DNA from: an uncultured archaeon
GTDB lineage: Archaea; Asgardarchaeota; Heimdallarchaeia; Heimdallarchaeales; Heimdallarchaeaceae
Assembly: GCA_964549075.1 (NCBI GenBank)
Contig: CAZJUB010000032.1
Location: 1 to 28,681 of the forward strand
Length of the DNA: 28,681 bases
Reading direction: 5' to 3'
Below the pieces are notes generated by a model that saw nothing but the letters and a program-made list of their open reading frames with translations, ran no database searches and was not told the origin of the DNA. A program made the translations under genes and the position numbers. Shown one piece after another: positions 26,285 to 28,681 of the stretch (positions are counted from its first letter, which is position 1; each line of letters begins with the position of its first letter).

Positions 26285-27373
26285 ATGCCATTTACATATC
26301 CACACTTCGGTTCCTTGACATATGTGTTCGAGATAGTTCTTAGAGAGCTAGGAAGAACCGATCTAATGCTACCTAAACAACCGAGTAGGAAAACTTCTGA
26401 AATTGGTTCGCGTTATTCTCCAGAATTTGTCTGTACTCCTTTTAAGTTAACTCTGGGTACCTTTATAGAAATGTTAGATTTAGGAGCTGATCAACTTGGT
26501 ATAGGAGGAGGGAATATGTACTGTCGATTTGGTCTATACTGGCCAGTTCAAAGACTAATTTTAGAGGATTTAGGTTATGATTTTGAATTCTTTCCAATAC
26601 CTATATATGACAAACCATTAGGTCTCGTTAAATCTTTACAAGCAGTAAGCGATAACCGCTCAGTTTGGGAAACAATTAAAGCTTTTAGAACAACTTGGGT
26701 AAAAACTAGATATATAGAACTAGTAGATGAGTATCATTTCAAATATAGAGCTCTAGAATCAGAAAAAGGTCAAGCTGATAAATTAGTTAACAAGTTACAT
26801 AGAGAGATAGTTGAGATTCAAGGTCTAGGAAATCTGAGAAGATTTGTTAAACAAATTCCCGAAATATTTGAAAAGACCATTGAGTTAGACAAAGAAAGAG
26901 TGAAAAATGCGATTAAAATTGGAGTTTGCGGAGAGATTTATGTTGCATTAGAACCAGTATTGAATCTGGAAGTGCACAGAAAATTGAATGAGATGGGAGT
27001 AATTACAACTAATTGTGTCTCCTTTGGGATGCTAATAGATTTTGGAAAAAAAATCAATCCATTTGTCACTTTACCATATCAAAAAGCTCGAAGAGCAGCT
27101 AAACCTTTCATAGGTCAACGTTGTGGAGGGGAAACTCAAGAAAATTTAGGTGATATTATTATTTATAAGAAAGAGAATTGGGATGGACTTGTTCATCTAT
27201 ATCCTTTTACCTGTATGCCTGAGATAATTACAAGAAGTATCGCACCTGAGATCAGTAGAATTTATGATATGCCTTTCCTATCACTTGTAATTGACGAACA
27301 CACAGGAGAAGCAGGATTTTTAACAAGATTGGAAGCTTTTGTCGATTTAATACGCAGAAAGAAGGAGAAATAA
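26285..27373 (+). CDS. 2-hydroxyacyl-CoA dehydratase-like / 'CoA protein activase' subunit (COG3581-like), putative Fe-S subunit
   Basis: FTYPHFG, SPEFVCTPFK, YCRFGLY, IGVCGEIYV, CGGE, HLYPFTCMPE, IDEHTGEAGFLTRLEAFVD. ATG at 26285 sits 1 nt after the upstream TAG, suggesting translational coupling. Confidence 0.85.
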   Translation: MPFTYPHFGSLTYVFEIVLRELGRTDLMLPKQPSRKTSEIGSRYSPEFVCTPFKLTLGTFIEMLDLGADQLGIGGGNMYCRFGLYWPVQRLILEDLGYDFEFFPIPIYDKPLGLVKSLQAVSDNRSVWETIKAFRTTWVKTRYIELVDEYHFKYRALESEKGQADKLVNKLHREIVEIQGLGNLRRFVKQIPEIFEKTIELDKERVKNAIKIGVCGEIYVALEPVLNLEVHRKLNEMGVITTNCVSFGMLIDFGKKINPFVTLPYQKARRAAKPFIGQRCGGETQENLGDIIIYKKENWDGLVHLYPFTCMPEIITRSIAPEISRIYDMPFLSLVIDEHTGEAGFLTRLEAFVDLIRRKKEK

Positions 27374-27395
27374 TTGTTCAATACTCAACACTGAA

Positions 27396-28559
27396 CTAAT
27401 TTTCTTTCATTTCTAACAATATTTTTTGCCATTCTTTACTATTGTGTAAAGACTTTAACAATTCATTTTCTTTAAATAATTTTATATCATGAAATCCGTG
27501 ATTTAACGCAATTTGTAGATTTTTGAAGGTGTTTTCCTTATCTTTCAAAGCAGCATGATATGTTGCCAATCTAAACATTAATCGATTCATTGGAAAATAT
27601 TCTTTAGTGAGAACTGAGTCTTTAAAGTCAAGATCATTCTCAAAAAACGCCTGTAGTGCTTTTTCATACCATTCTATTGCTTTCGTATAATTTTTGTTTT
27701 CAGCTTGAGTAAAACCATGAATAATCCAATTATCAATTTTGTTAAAAAAACAGCCTGCTTTTACATACTTTTTGAATCTTTGATAACCTATTTTCTCAGC
27801 AGTTTTATATGATCCAATATTACTTACACTACAATTCCAACCTACAGATTTATATTTCGATAAAGCATATTCAGCTGTAGCTGAACCAACTACAGTAGCG
27901 AATCCACGTTTTTGATATTCCGATTTAGTTGCTATTCCGACTTCAATCTCATTTTCATCTGTTAGATATTCTAAGGTACACCAGCTTACTATCTCTTCAT
28001 TGTTTCTAACTAAATAAAATCCTTTATTTTCCTTGAGATTCTCCTCAAATGGCAACCAATTTTCTTCTATCTCTTTTATTAACCAGTCATAGTTTTTCAG
28101 ATAATTTTTGTCTAATAAAGATAAATCAACTGGTTCTAATGAGAAACCTTCTGGAATCATATCTTTCCAATTTTCTAACTTGATAGATTCTATTTCATAA
28201 TAATATCTATCATAAAAGTATGGTTCAATTAGAACATTTTTCACTCCTTCTAGCCATTCTGTATTAGCAAAATAACAATCTACTTCATGTTGATTTCGCA
28301 TAAAAAATTCATTCTTAAGATTTGAAAAAAGGATTTTCCTAAAATTAGAATTAAATTTCTCATTATCAGCTTTTCCGCCAAAAAACAGCCTTGGAATAAC
28401 AACTATTACAGCAGTTTGAGGTTTTTCTAAATTATCAACAAAGACCTTTTTCTCTATAGGAGTACGTTCAAGGTGACTTCTAAAGATATTAAGAAATGAT
28501 TTTTCTTTAAACAGATGTCGGATTTCACGATACCTTTCTTTAGGGAGTTCAAATGTCAT
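27396..28559 (-). CDS. GNAT family N-acetyltransferase with C-terminal TPR-like domain
   Basis: IVSWC..EIEVGIATKSEYQKRGFAT (acetyl-CoA motif A), WNCSVSNIGSYKTAEKIGY; C-terminal YTKAIEWYEKAL...ATYHAALKDKENTFKNLQIAL TPR helices. Confidence 0.88.
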   Translation of the reverse strand: MTFELPKERYREIRHLFKEKSFLNIFRSHLERTPIEKKVFVDNLEKPQTAVIVVIPRLFFGGKADNEKFNSNFRKILFSNLKNEFFMRNQHEVDCYFANTEWLEGVKNVLIEPYFYDRYYYEIESIKLENWKDMIPEGFSLEPVDLSLLDKNYLKNYDWLIKEIEENWLPFEENLKENKGFYLVRNNEEIVSWCTLEYLTDENEIEVGIATKSEYQKRGFATVVGSATAEYALSKYKSVGWNCSVSNIGSYKTAEKIGYQRFKKYVKAGCFFNKIDNWIIHGFTQAENKNYTKAIEWYEKALQAFFENDLDFKDSVLTKEYFPMNRLMFRLATYHAALKDKENTFKNLQIALNHGFHDIKLFKENELLKSLHNSKEWQKILLEMKEN

Positions 28560-28681
28560 TAGAAGTAATTTTTAATTATTCAGTTATAAATATGTCCAGA
28601 AAAGAGAAATCACAATTAAAGAAAATCTGTCAGTTGTTTTTGTATATATTTTCTGTAAGTATTACCTCTTTTTACCCACTC

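Noticed and set aside
1057-27373. A single amino-acid fermentation pathway (aminotransferase, hydroxyacyl-CoA dehydratase, lactate permease)
   Set aside because: The genes are scattered on different strands, and the required dehydrogenase, CoA-transferase and activator are absent from the window.

Overview
AT-rich (about 30% GC by eye), gene-dense chromosomal region with no rRNA, tRNA, CRISPR array, transposase or integrase that I can support. An archaeal origin, probably Asgard/Heimdallarchaeia-like, is inferred from the TATA-like promoters, oligo-T terminators, surface proteins ending in TM + basic tail and a membrane-anchored HTH regulator; no marker gene confirms it. Recognisable genes: ferritin-like protein, L-lactate permease, GH38 alpha-mannosidase divergent from a GT-C glycosyltransferase, MMPL transporter, HlyIII/PAQR protein, M28/PA-domain peptidase homologue, two PLP enzymes, a pair of CoA-activase-associated Fe-S reductase/dehydratase subunits and a GNAT-TPR protein. 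The most notable part is a plus-strand block (about 19.0-23.85 kb) between two minus-strand PLP genes. It holds two paralogous membrane-anchored six-bladed Kelch proteins, a transmembrane one-component regulator, and an unannotated frameshifted paralogue of that regulator. Both Kelch genes carry the same phased 10-bp direct repeats exactly 14 nt upstream of an identical TATA-containing 13-mer. This looks like a duplicated surface receptor + membrane sensor/regulator + operator module. Also notable: the M28 homologue lacks three canonical metal ligands, and the reductase-type pair, related to the PlsA/PlsR/Ger family, has no activator ATPase nearby.
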